A stretch of DNA of 64,000 nucleotides from Tubulanus polymorphus (taxonomy: Eukaryota > Animalia > Nemertea). A program made the position numbers and the translations under genes. Under the pieces are notes generated by a model. That model was not told the DNA's origin. It worked only from the letters and a program-made list of their open reading frames with translations, and did no database searches. The DNA lies in NCBI RefSeq assembly GCF_964204645.1, contig NC_134025.1, positions 25,772,299 through 25,836,298 of the forward strand. Direction: 5' to 3'. Below are positions 39,928 to 53,849 of the stretch, piece by piece; the stretch's first letter is position 1, and each line of letters opens with the position of its first letter.

Positions 39928-40978
39928 TAGTTTATATTGGGTAGGAAATTATTAAAATAGTCATATTTAGGATGAAATTCTAGGTCTGTAATAACCAATC
40001 AATCCTAACATCAAAGGTTGCGGTTCCACTGTATTCAGAATTATTAAGAGTGTATTTAGAGTTACAGTTGAGTTACATAAAAGTGTGAAACATAATACTC
40101 CCCTTGCCACATATTGAAAACAAACAAATACGGCACTGGTGTGAAATGGCAAGCAAACCAAACATGTACTAAGTATGTACACTAGTATGGATTTTTAGAA
40201 CAGTAAATGCAGCACTACCTAAATCAAACATGATGATTGTTTTACATACAATGAGGAACCAAAGTATTTCAGTATAACTTCTTCGAATCATGGATCTATC
40301 AGATTTATAAGTCGTCCATGGCTGACTAGAGAAAATCCCTGAAAATAGTCAATGGTAATTTAATGAATAATCTTATTGCGCTGCAACTGGCATTATGAAC
40401 TAACACACAAAATATTCAAAATACCAAGGTACAAAATCTTTCCACATTTCCAAATTCTAACACATTTTTAATAAAAACGTGTCGTCGAGTAAGCCATGGT
40501 TAAAAATTACAATCAGACTAGATTGATGCAATTATAATGAAATATACAGGTTTAGACATATATTGATATTCGTGTTATCTCGCGTCAAATATTCATCGAA
40601 TTTCAATAAATCGGTAGAAAATTCAGCAGATGCTATCAGTGAATACAAATATCATAAATTCTTCACATGAGATTTTTTTCTAAAATTATTACACACCATG
40701 AAAATGTGTAGATATTTCATGATGAGCGTTTATCAAAAATAGATTAAGTAGGACAAATGATACAGCAATTTCACGTAAAACCTTGTACAATAATCATTTT
40801 TCTATAACAACCTTAATCATATTTCTGAATGCGAAAGATCTCTTTTCTCAGCACTTTTAGAAGGATACCTTATACATATTGAAATAATCTACATCATGAG
40901 AATCGTATGATTGAAAATAACACAATTTACATTTATCAATAAAATGAAATGTACATAACACCACAATAATGTAATGTA

Positions 40979-43900
40979 TTACACTACAAAATCTTGGTCC
41001 TGACGTAAAAGCGCTTTTTTGATGGATCTTTCCATATTCATTCTATGACCAACACGTGTGACACCGATATCCATAAAATCATTACGAGTCATTTCTGCTA
41101 AATGATTACCATCTATTGAATTAGACGTAAATAAATGATTGTATTCAGATAAAAATAAACTATCCAGCCAATCGCAGACGTCTGCAGTGGTCCACGCTCG
41201 AATTGGACGAACTCTGAAAGGTTTTGTATAGGATGGAGTTGGGTCAGATTTTGACAGCTTCGTGGATGGAATTTCAGGGGAAAGTTTTCTATTTACATTA
41301 ACAACATTTATCACATTTTCGCGAGCAGACAAATTTTGTTCAGATTTATTTTGCACTTTTCCGCTATCACAACTAAACCTGTTAACACTGTGTTTAACAT
41401 CAAATTCTTGAGGCGGTGGAATAAAAGCCCCGTGATTAGTGTGGAGTTCCTCGTATAGATGTTGCATTTCGCAATCTTTGAAATCAGGAGGCGGAGGTGC
41501 ATAGATTTCCTCGTATATTTCACTACCGTTATATGGCGACAGTTTCTTATTGTTCGTAACACAGGAAGAACCGCTATTTACATTCACTTCCGTTGGTTCA
41601 TTTGAATAAATATTCTCAGTTTTTATCGACTGACATGTTTGTAGATGTCCGTCAACACTGTCACCACTAGAGAAAGATGGTGTTGATAAAACGCTTTCCA
41701 TATCATCAGTGATACTCAAGTCATCACTGTTCGCAAAGTCTAATGGTGGAGGAGGGACACAGAAAGCACTGATATCTTCTCCAGAATGTGCGAAATCTGG
41801 TGGTGGTGGAACGATATTAACCCCTAGATCTTCATAAGCCAATGGAGGAGGCAATACCATATTTTCTTCGGAACCACCATTTTCAATTGCCTGAAATGCC
41901 GATATAAGCGTCCTCACGCCAGCAGACTCAGAAGATTTTTGTGACAATATTCCAGGCTGTTGTTCAGTGTTTTGAACAATTGCAGGACACAACTTCTGTG
42001 ATTTGTCATGAATAACTTGTGCATCAGGAGATGCAGGTAGTTTTTTGGCATCAGTATCACTATCATTACTTATGTAGCTCATTTTTCCATTACTGTTCTT
42101 TTGTAAGACAAATCGCTTTGGCTTAGTTTTTGGCAGCGCAGGATCTTCTGTACTGCTATCACTATCTGAGCTTGTTTGGTTCTGTAATTTCAAACCTTTA
42201 CGAATGAGATATTCCTGGCGTAAACGCTCAGCACGTGCTGTAAATGACTCGTTAATATCCACTTTTTTCTTATCAATACCCTCCTCATTGGTTTTTTTAA
42301 CAATGCTAATTTTAGATTTGGAAGTTTCGCTTTCAGGTGATGATACGACTGGAATGATTTCGACTTTTGTTGTCTGTTTTTCAGGTGCGTGAGTAGATGC
42401 TATGGTGACAGAGCTGAATACTGTCGCTCCTGCACTTTTTGCTAATTTCTCTTCAATATGATTAGCAACTGCTACTTCAGGTTTATGTGAAAGTGATTCA
42501 CGCCTCTGTTCAACAGCATGTCTTAGATCTTCTGAATGATCTTGTTTCTTCGACTGTCGATTATTCAGAATTTTTGCTTCAATTGTATTTCCATCAGTAA
42601 AATCTGCTGACATTTTGCGATGCCGCTTTAAGATTGCCGCAGCTAACTCATTTCCATGATCTGGCTTTGAATTGATTGATATTTTATGACTTTCTTCGAC
42701 ATCTTTCGCTGGAGAACCAGGTGGCTTAATGGAGACTGGAGGGGGATTTGTCACATCATTTGTAACTGATTGCTTTCGTTTTTCCGCTTGACTTAGAATA
42801 TTCCGTTCATGTTCCTGTGCTCTTCGTTCCCGTGCTTCAGCTGCTATTTTGAGTTGCTCAGCAAAACTGCTGGTTGAAGACATTACCACTTTATTCGGAT
42901 TGTTAACAGGACTTGAATCTGAAGATGAGTCAGATGTTCTCTGAGCAGTTTCAAACTCAAAACTATGAACTTTGTCAGTGACTATTGATCCATTATTGCT
43001 GGTTTGCTTAACTTCTGCATGAACAGAATTAACCTGCTGAAGATTAGACACTGCCTGAATCTTTTCTTGAACAATTTTATCATAATAATCTGGATGTTGC
43101 GTTCCATCTTTTGATTTGAACAGCGGATGAGAATGAACCGAGTTTATAATTTGGTCTTTATGATTCATCGAATGCTTTGACATTGTATTTTCCTCTTCTT
43201 TACTTTTCCGGTCATCATTGCTATTACGGCGTTTTTTCAAACAATAGTAATATGGGACATCAGTTTTTTTCAATGAGTCCGTTGAACTACATTCTGTTGT
43301 GACACTCTCTACAGGGATAACATAATTTCTATCTTTTATATTGCTTCTTAGTTCTTGATCAGAATTTTCGGTTGCATCATAGTCAGGCTCAGGGAGATAA
43401 TAAGGTAAAGTTTGGTCAGTGGTTGATTCACTGTTGTCATCAAGAACAATCACATTCTGCACATTTTTAGGAGCTACAGCTTCAGAGCTTGAATCAGTTA
43501 TCAACAAAGTTGCCTGTGGATGTTTTTCCATAAATTCTGATGCTGTATCGTAAACACGTGCATCAGCAAATGTTACGGATGGTTTATCAGCCACGCCTTG
43601 CAGTTCTGAGGAAGAATAATGAGAAAGCTTTTCACCTTGAAGTTTTACGCTTCCAAATCGATTAGCTTCAGCCGGCGACGCATATTGCGATGAAGAATTA
43701 TCCATATTTTGAATTTGACTGTCCCTCTTTAGGTCCTGCGGATCTGCATAATGGACTTCACTCACTTTAGTATGTGACTGGTGCTGTTTGAATGCCGGGG
43801 CTGTGTTAAACTTAGCATTAGTGCCAGGCCTAAAACTAGACTCATAAGGATTCGGTTCATGCTTCAGACGCAATTCACCGACATTCATGTAGATTGCATC

Positions 43901-46900
43901 AGACGTGTTAGATGTATTGATTTCGACAAATTCCATTTGAGGTTTACGAGTTGGTGGTGGAGGAGGAGGGTGAGAAGGGGGTGGAGGAATTGAGATTTCT
44001 TCATCGTTCGGTGCAGAGTAGGTAGGAACTGGAGGTGATGGATTACGCCTATTAAAATCATTCGTTAATTGTAAGGTTATAGAGTTCCTACGACGCTCCG
44101 TCGCGTGTATTTGGGCCTCAGCGTATATGGGCCCATTGCTTTGAATAAAGACACTATCATTAGAAGCCTTGATGCTGCCAATAGCTTCCAGGACAACACT
44201 TTGACTAGCGACGAGTTCAGCAGCACTGGCTGAACTACTACCGGGGCTACATTCCACACCTGAGTCATTATCATTAAGTAAATTCGGGGAGCTACTGGCT
44301 CGCTGCAGTAACTCCTGTTTGAGTTTATATTGAGCTTTCAATTCAGCCGGACTAGCATATGTATGTGGCATTGAGATTACTGGCTTTTCGAGATTTGCTG
44401 CGCTCTTATTCAGATCAACATCCTCGGGTGGCTGGTTACGCAAAAATAGTTCTGTCACATCGCAAGTTGAGTTCCGGTTTTGACGAGTTTTAATAGAGGC
44501 AATTTTTCCACTTGGATCCTGAAGTCCGTACGATGCGTAGAGTGATGAGTCGTCATGTTCTGCAATAGCACGATCAAGTTCCTCTGAAAAAAGAAGAAGG
44601 TTCTTTCATCATTTCTATTTAAAAGCTCTACTCAAATGAAGACCCTATCAAGTTCCAATTCATTTAAAACGCATGCTTAGAAGTGATTTAAAAGATTTTA
44701 AATCAATAGCTAAGCAGTTGGACAGAGTTTCACAAAGAAATCACAAGAAGCCAGCAGTTATTCTAATTATGTCAACTACTACTTGTAGCCTATAAATAAG
44801 CAAGCAGAGAAGAAAATTTCAGGAAGCCTCAAAGGAACAATTGAATGATAGGATCACCTATAAATGATTAAAACCAAAATATCAGTGAGGTCTTAAATCC
44901 ATAAAATGCTTAAAATTAGAGAAATAGTCTCAGAAACAAGAGCAGAATGAATGTAATAATGAAATGCTACAGTCCGTTTTAGTTAGCCCATGATAATAAT
45001 GAAAATAAAAGCATATCAAATATATGCATCTCCAAAATAACCAGAAATGAATTGGTCAAAATGTGCTTATCTTACTCTTGGAATAATTCCGTTGAAATGA
45101 TGGCCACTTCATAACTTTAGAATAGCTAGTTTGTGCTGTTAATGAACCATGCAAACAATATTGAAAACCAAGCATTTATCTATTTCAGTGAACTCATCAA
45201 ATATGCAGTTACGATAAAAAATAGTGATTAAGTAGAACAGTCTACAGTGCTTTATCTTACGTTATTTGCATGCATGAATGCACCATAAATCACTATGCAA
45301 TTACATATACCTATGAATATCTTTGGCATATATCATTCATCTAATGCGCTAATGCAGAAAATCTGAATGTTACATGAAATCCTTACCTAGCTCGGCTAAG
45401 CCCTCCACCATGGATTTTGAGCGTGCTCTACCAACTGAAAGTTGTGTATCGGGATTTCGTTTTGGGGGAAGAGGGGCTACAAGGAAAATGTAATAAACCG
45501 AACCATAATTCAGTGCGCCATCATGTTTGCCACCGAGATACTGATACCACCAATTCTAATCGAAATGCTTTCTACGTTAACTTCCACCTCTATTACTACT
45601 GATTCATTGATGTACAACTATATCATATAGAAATTATCTACGGACTACAAGAGACAACATTATGGCTGTGATTTGCAGACGACATTTAAGTTGAAACAGT
45701 GGAATCCTTCATATCGTCATTTGAATAAAACTATTCTATCTAAAGTATGTACCGCTGATATAAACAAGCCCTACCTCTAGTTTTCTTCGAAGTGCCAAAC
45801 ATGCTTTTCGTAGAACCGTAGATTTTCTCCGATTTCTTCTCTTTGTTTTTCGACAAAACTTTCATCGCCAAAACATCACCAGATTCTTTAATCAAACTAA
45901 CAACACGTGTATGGGAAGCACTGACCACATTCTCGCCATTAATCTAAAAATATTCATAGTCAGTGAAGATGCAAAATAAAAACGGTACTCAGTACATCCA
46001 TATGGCTATGACAAATAAATATATCCTGTGATCGTTTCTTAAACTCTCATACCTCCAAAATAAAATCGCCCTGCTTTAAACCGGCTTTGTCAGCATTTCC
46101 GTTTTTATCCACGCGATCGAGGTATTGAAGAGCAGGAAGATCAGATGTCGGCTGAAAGTTGCTTATATTCATCTGTCCTGATTTACTACCTGGAAATAAA
46201 AAGCGTAAATGTTGCATGAAATGTGGAACACAATGCAGACAAATCAATTTAAGCATTTACCTGCGCACACAGGACAAGGAATGACAGGAGGGTGCAATAT
46301 ATATTCTCCTTTAGACTTATTCCGAAAAAGTATTTTCCTTCCATTGAATCCTGATGGAATATTTCCCATTATTTTGATAATATAGAACTCGTTTAACTAA
46401 ACTAAAAGCTTTCGTGAAATACAGACGAGCACTTTCTCAGTAGGAGATCAAGAGCAACTAACAGCATTGATTACTGACGCATCAGCGATGTAATAAAATT
46501 ACGCACGTTCTCAGAATCAGTTTCACATAAATCAATAACGATGCAATATTTTTCACAGTTTATTTTGATCATAACGCATGAAGACCAGACAACGCTGGTA
46601 ATCAATTCAAAAAAAAGAAAATTATTTTGCACCAAAACTAAAATGACGTTATAAGCATTTGTAGTAACGAACAGGTTATAGACTTCGAGTTCATATGAAA
46701 TCAGAACTACGAGAACATTTTTTAAAATTCTATTGATAGTAATTTTTTACATTGATTTTTTTGGTAAACTGAAAACAACAATTTTTCTATCAAGTTCATT
46801 GTTTACCCCACAGGGAACAATAATCCATCGTAAAAAAAACACCCAACAAAAGTTTATAGGTGTTTTAGGGATGACGAGCTGTTTGAAATTAAAATGCTCA

Positions 46901-49900
46901 AACCCGAATAGGAATTGCTGCTTTCATAATTCATAGATACAAAAACCATATTTATGACAACCTAACTTTAATGTGTAGTAAGATTAGTGTTGCATACTGG
47001 GTTATGTAGTACACATTTTAAGGCATGCAATATATGTGTTAAACAAATCTATTATTAAACTAATTCCACCAGGCCTAATCGTTCTTGATTGTGGACTAAG
47101 TTTTTTATTTCTATTTAGGATTATTTTCACAGCATATATATCATATAATCAATAATGCATAAAACTCAACCGAGGTACTTATTCAATTATCTGCGCATTC
47201 CAGGAGATAATTCATCACTGATATAATTCCCAATGGATGTTCCGAATGAATGAGATAACAAGATTCCACAGATTTATCATAACTCACAAACGATCAATAC
47301 TAGGGAGGTGTGAATGGGGGAATTTACCCCCTCCCCTTTTGGAATGCAATGTCTATTTTTTCGATTTCAGCTTTTGAACTCACATGAAAATGCATTGAAT
47401 GCACTAACCAGTAATCGCAAGGTTAAATCCAATAAACTAAGAATTGATGAGCATTTAATTGAATTTTTAAATCAACCCGAAAATCGTAGATGGAAATCTT
47501 ACCTTTAGCACCACGTAAAACAAATCCATATCCTTGCTTTCCTTTCTGTAATACAACGGTTCTTGTGAAATCACCATATCTGAAAGGCACAAATACCAAA
47601 ATACTTACGACTTGTGAACTGTAGAATTTTGAGAACAGATAACAGTGTTTCGAAACTTACCCCTCAGTCATGAGAGTAGCCACAGTATTCCTTCTAGTGA
47701 TAACGGCATCAGTGTTTAAATTTTCCGATTTAATTCCTCTCAACTTCACCTCTTCTACACGTTCACTAGGGAACCATCCTTCTCGATTGCCTGTTTTACC
47801 TTCCCAAAATCCTCGTTCACCGACGCTTAACACTTTATTTTTAAAAAATTTTGAAAACATTTCCTTACTTTCTACGATATCATACAAACTGCTCAGTTCT
47901 ATGTCTACATGGTTTGCGTGTCTAAATGGATCAGGACTGGGCTAGTTTTTCCTGAGTAGTTCATCAAACAATATATCTATGTAATTATCTTAATCCTGCA
48001 AATTACATTGTAATTGTCGACTACATGTTTTACATATAGCCACTAATCAGTGGCTCTGTAATCTCAGTAATTATTTCTGTTATGTCTCAGCGAGCCCAGT
48101 TATCTATCTTTTCATTGTCTTCTTGCTGATGATTGTTAAAATAACATCCCAGAACAAATACCTCACCTTCAACAAGGTCCCCTTTCACGAGTGTAAGTTC
48201 ACCATCTTCAGTAGGTTTGTAATCTTTCACACAAACGAACGTCCGCCCAGGTAAAGCTGCATACAGGCGCTTTCTTGGATAAGCATATATACTATTCGTA
48301 TCAGAATTCATACCTGAATTTCGTTAACAATATGAAATCATTCCAAGCATTTGTTCGTTTATACGTCCTTACAATTTATTTGAAAAAAAAAAACCGAATG
48401 GGTCTTTACCTGATAACGACATAGCACCACAGATACTGGCTCGACGATGTTCCGACATCTGGAACGATGCCATCGACGAATTATCATCCGATAAATTAGT
48501 GAGGGAGCGATAATGTTGTGGAAGGCTATAGTTTGATAAGGCAGGACTGTCAGGACTATCAGCGAGCATGCGAACATCAAGTCTTGACTCGCTACGACTA
48601 CGCATTAAGGCTATTGAATTGTGTTGCATGCGTCGTTTTTCATTGTATCGAGGCGTTTCCTTGAAAGGCACTGAAACGATTAATAAAATATATTTCACCG
48701 CACTTATGCAGATTCGATATTATTGTTCGAGTTACCCGATGAAAACTCACCAATGTCATCGGGTTGATGTTTTCGAATTATATCGGCCAATTCAAAATTG
48801 CCGACTACGCCCGCCACCTGACAGGCTGTTTGATTACTGAAGTTGATATAGTCTTTATTAGCACCACGAAAAAGAAGCACCCGGGCACAAGACTCCTAGT
48901 TTATAGAAATAGTAAAGAGTATATCAAAAACCTGGTAGTTATACCTAACTGATAAAAATATGTTAAATAATATTAGATAAGTCAAATAAGCCCCTAGATT
49001 ACCCTTTTTTATACCCTTAAAATATGAAAGTTTATCGAACTAAAACGTTATTGACATCTGCTACATTTGCACTTGCATAGTCAAATCATTAATCGACAAT
49101 AACATATGCAGTTATTCAATTGCAATGTTTAATGTTAAACTACCAATAAATCAAATTTAGTTAGCAGAAGTGTTATTAAATCAATTCGAAAATCATGTGA
49201 TGAAGAATGTAGTTTCTGTTTGTCCCCGTTTGCCATCAAACATAACGCACAGGAATGTCAATGATTTCCATTCTCAGTGTGATACTATACATACCTGGTT
49301 ATGGGCAGCACAAACATGAAGAGGTGTATTACCACTAGCATTATGCATGTTCATATTCGCACCATAGAACAACAGTAACTCCAAATGCTGCACTCGACCA
49401 AATCGACAAGCCTATAATTTGATACGAATAAATAAAATTCATTGACCAAACGTTAAACTGTACATGTCAAAAAAAAAATATATATATCAAACTGAAAATT
49501 CCAAACTACAATGAGTCGGGAAATACAGGGCTATTTGATGTAAATTCAATTCTATTTTTGTATAAAGGAATGAAATTGGATTTTGAAATCACGTTTTAGA
49601 GACTATTACAGGGTTTCATAGACTGTTACTTTGTGTTATGGTATTTGCCATTGAGCAATGGGAGTTTCATACAGGAGTTTTGTTGTTACATTAAAGATTA
49701 TACTGAATTATGTGCCTGAAATATGCTTTTGGCTTTCCAAGTTGAAGTACCGACTAATGTTACGAATCTAAAGCCTTTACATCAATTATGTTTTGTTTTA
49801 TTAATCTAATTCTAATTCATGTGAATTAATCCCAGGAAGTGAATGATTATTTCTTTTCGTATGGAGAGGGCTTATTTCCGGGAGATGAACTATCTCTCTA

Positions 49901-52900
49901 GATCATCGCGTGCTTCTGTTTTACGGAGTGAAATATACCATCTGCTGTTACTGACAGATAAACAACTGCGGATACAAGTAATCGATAATCAATGCTGTGT
50001 TTATCGACAATCTGACCTGATGTACTTCCGACCATCCTTGTTCATCTTGACTATCCACCGTGCCGTGATCATGTAACAGTAATTCAAGCGCCAGCGCAGG
50101 TGTATCATTGTTCACCGCATAATACGTCGGAGTTAAATTGCGTTTATCCTTATAATTCGGAGAACTACCCAACTCCAATAATGCCTATAAATATTCAACG
50201 ACGACTATTCATGTAATTTCGAATCATTTCAGTAACGAATACATGTGATATTGTCTTTAAAGATAGATAGATTGTTTATAGGCGCTTTCACTAGTGTTGT
50301 CATTACAGTGAGTGAGTGCGTAAACATTTTAATTGATGCAAATAAATAATAGATATCCATTGTAACCTACTCAGGCCTGTCATCGTTTCATATGGAAAAA
50401 ATCAATCTACGATACCCGTAGATCTAATGCATCGGTACATGTACAACAAGTTATTACGCATGAATATATATATATATATCTCTACCTTCAATGCTTTTAG
50501 ATTTCCTCGAATAGCTGCTTTATGCATGGCTGTCATGCCTTCTTTCGTGCGGAAATCGAGATGAGCCCCGCCATTGACTAGTGCAACAATTACGTCTTTA
50601 GGATTCGTAAGGCTGGTAGCGAGGGTTAAGGGAATCTCTGTAAAAATATACGATTAACTGTCAATATTGAACACTAATTCTGTCATCATGGATTTAATAT
50701 GTTTCCAGCTGTTAAATCGATTAAAACAATTCAAAGTCACATACTGCGCAGGCAACAGCATGAAATTATAACGTCACGTGTACTTGTTTTCACTTCTAAA
50801 AGCGGTATCTTAAAAAGTACTGCATAACAACTGGACTAACCTCCACTCGAACTCTCATGAATGTTTGGGTCCAATCCTTTATTACAAAATTTCACTATTT
50901 TGTCAATTTGAGCATGACGTACGCAGTCCATGAATTGCTTCAAATTCGCCTGAAATGATAAGACGAATCGTTCGAATGACAACAGCTGCAGTAGACACAT
51001 GACTTCTATATGGTATTATATTAGCTTACCTTTGTATGCAGTTGTTTTAATTTTCTTGGATTCACATGCATTACTCGGTACACCTTTCGTTTATATTTGA
51101 ACTGAAATTACCAAATAAAGAACGTGAATATTCTTCTTTCCCATGAAATATGTACGTAATTCTATAATCGAATAACAAACCTCCAAAAAACCAATTGGCT
51201 CTTGCAAAGGATATTCGCTGAGTATTCTTTCTTCATCTAAAAACTTTCCTGCCTTTCCATTCATCGGAGGGCAATATAGGCCATAGTTTAACCCATCTTT
51301 CAGGTCCTATGATAGAAAATTAGTTCATAACAGGCGAATGTAATGATCATTATGCAGTTTCCTGTTACCAATCTTTTTTCATCATGTCATCTCTTAACAT
51401 GTTTTCCAGGGTATCTACCCGGTAATAATTGAAGGAAAAATACATCATTAATATTGTAATGATCATAGCCGTATTCTAAACAGCATCTAAAAACATTATT
51501 AGTTCTCTGTTAGCACCTTGTAATAGCATTATTTCTATAGTTTATGTGACTGGTTGATGGTGTAAATAAGAAGTCTAATGATGCTTCTGTACATAACGGA
51601 ATAAACTATAAATATATGCCAGCCAGTCATATTGATCATCGATTGATTTCTGGCTATCTTAAGAATCTTCTGAACAAAGGGCTTGAATGTCAGTTTATCA
51701 GTTTTCCACGTACCAACCATCCATATACACTTTGCATAAAAAACACAAATCAAAACATACACTGTACTGTATGTATGTATTTTTAGTGTAATGAACCATT
51801 TTTACTAGGGAATTGAATAAATTACCGAATTATTCGGGATTCAATACAGTTGCAACATGTTGCATTGTACCATGTAGGTTTCTGTTATGAAAAGGGATTA
51901 TGTATGACAATGAACCTGTCATAGATCAGGTGCAATAATATTTCTGGATGCTTACTTTTGCGAGTGTCGCGAGAATAGTTTGTTTTGCAACCCACACTGT
52001 TTCGTCGAGTTTAAACTGGATGCATCTCTGAAAAATAGAAAAACATCCACCCGTGTAATGGAACAACTCATCTACCATAGATTCAGTTTGAGGGTTAGAC
52101 ATGAGAAATTAATGCAAATGCAAAAAATGTGAAATGTATATCTGAGTCCGAGATATACATAGGCTTAGTATATAGCTTTAAGTGGGCTGTGAATAATGGT
52201 GAATTAGATATGAATATCCAGATTAAACTTATCCTTATTACGCAGGTTTCACAGATATAGGAGGAAAATGTGCGGTCAGTTGGTAGTTCCCAGGTACAAT
52301 TCCCACAGAAGTGGCTATTTGCCAACTTGTAAAATAAATTCCAACCACCACCAGTAACAAGGTGGTTTATCATTGGCAACAGTTAGTAACGAATTGCAGG
52401 TGGATTGGAATTTACAACATGTTTACGAAACGCATCTCCGTTTCCCTCCGGAAAATCGAAAAGGTCCCGAACATCGTAAAAACCCATCGTATGAAAAGAA
52501 CAAACAAGCCTATGACTCCCGGCAGATAAATCATGATCGGTATAATTGAATGATCGTACTATTTTATGAGTTACACGACAGATAAATGTTGATATAATAA
52601 ATTGCATCAATTATTCATACGAAATAGAACAGAGACAAACTGAAATTATATCAGCGTAAACAACTATCAGTTTGAGACATTAAAAGGACATAAAGTAATT
52701 TCATGTACCAAATGACTTAATGGAATAGAATGAAGATATATACCACCTATCGGATATATCAAAATATAGGGTATTCGATATATCCAATCTCTTAAGTCGC
52801 TGAATATCATTACAAATGATTACGTCAAGGTATGGCTGTTAAGCTACCTTTCTGATACAATTTCAATTTATCATATCAATTGTATTTGCCAAGGATAAAT

Positions 52901-53849
52901 AGAAACCACTTAACAAATATGATAATTTATGCCAATAATATTATCAATCAAATTTGTGAAATGGTATCGTTATAGTGACCTAACGATATTTCCAAATTGC
53001 TAGAAGTAGGTAAACATACTATCACCGGGTTCAGATATCGTGTTAAGCTTTTTTGGACATCGACATGAAAACTTCAAAAAGGTGAAGTACGTGACAGGTA
53101 AATGAGTGGATACTCGAAACTTATTGAGACTTTTACTCTCACCGGAAACATTACAGCGATATGCACATTTTCTATACGAGGAAATGTTACAGGACTTCCA
53201 CCTGGCAGCACCCTTTCATTGATCGTTTTTGTTTTAACCATGTACATAAACAATAGCTCTGGCTCACTGTTTTAGCTCAATCCGTATACAGAACGGAGTT
53301 CCACGTTTCAAGCCCCTGTAGCGGGTGGCTTTGTTTTTAATTTGACTGGAACTGAACGGGATCCGGGGCTCTAGCCCAAGAACATTTTGGAAATCTGATG
53401 CTCAGATATGGCCTTTAGGCAATTTAACGAACGTATGAGTTAATGAACGAATTCAATATACATGTATTATTATATTGTTATAGTCTCAATGCTACGAGGC
53501 TTAATTTGACTCTTTTGATTCCAAACTGGTGAATTTTGTGATCATGTGAACTCAGGCGCCATTCTAAGTGTAGTTTGGGGAAAAGCTGATGAAAATAAAC
53601 GGCTGAAATTTCACTTACTTGTGTTTTATGATCGGGTAAAGATACACGAATATATACCGTACCCGGGGCCGCTTCTCCTTCGGGTTGTTCATATCCGAAC
53701 GATCCCTCGCAACTCATCGCGATACTATTTTGATTAATTTCATTCGTCATCTTTACATCGCCGTTTGAAGTGATTTTCTTTTCTAAACCATTCAGCTGAC
53801 CGGCCGACGTGGATCTTCTCAGGCTGAATTTCGCTTTTCGATCCATCAT
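40979..53849 (-). CDS. SHANK: SH3 and multiple ankyrin repeat domains protein (Shank/ProSAP): SPN-ANK-SH3-PDZ-proline-rich-SAM; 3.6-kb last coding exon 40979-44583
   Basis: LNYGLYCPPMNGKAGKFLDEERILSEYP; FKYKRKVY; GGAHLDFRTKEGMTAMHKA; ELGSSPNYKDKRNLTP; RKRLYAALPGRTFVCVKDY; GFWEGKTGNREGWFP; GYGFVLRGAK; PALQYLDRVD; APLPPKRNP...RSKSM; SAM WTTADVCDWLDSL...GVTRVGHRMNMERSIK. Confidence 0.96.
46261..46369 (-). CDS. Putative alternative first coding exon of SHANK (MGNIPS..., 36 aa)
   Basis: Context ATAATGG; 109 nt open; CAG|GTAAAT donor in phase 1, matching the phase-1 acceptor at 46189 across a 71-nt intron; in-frame stop upstream. Confidence 0.6.
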
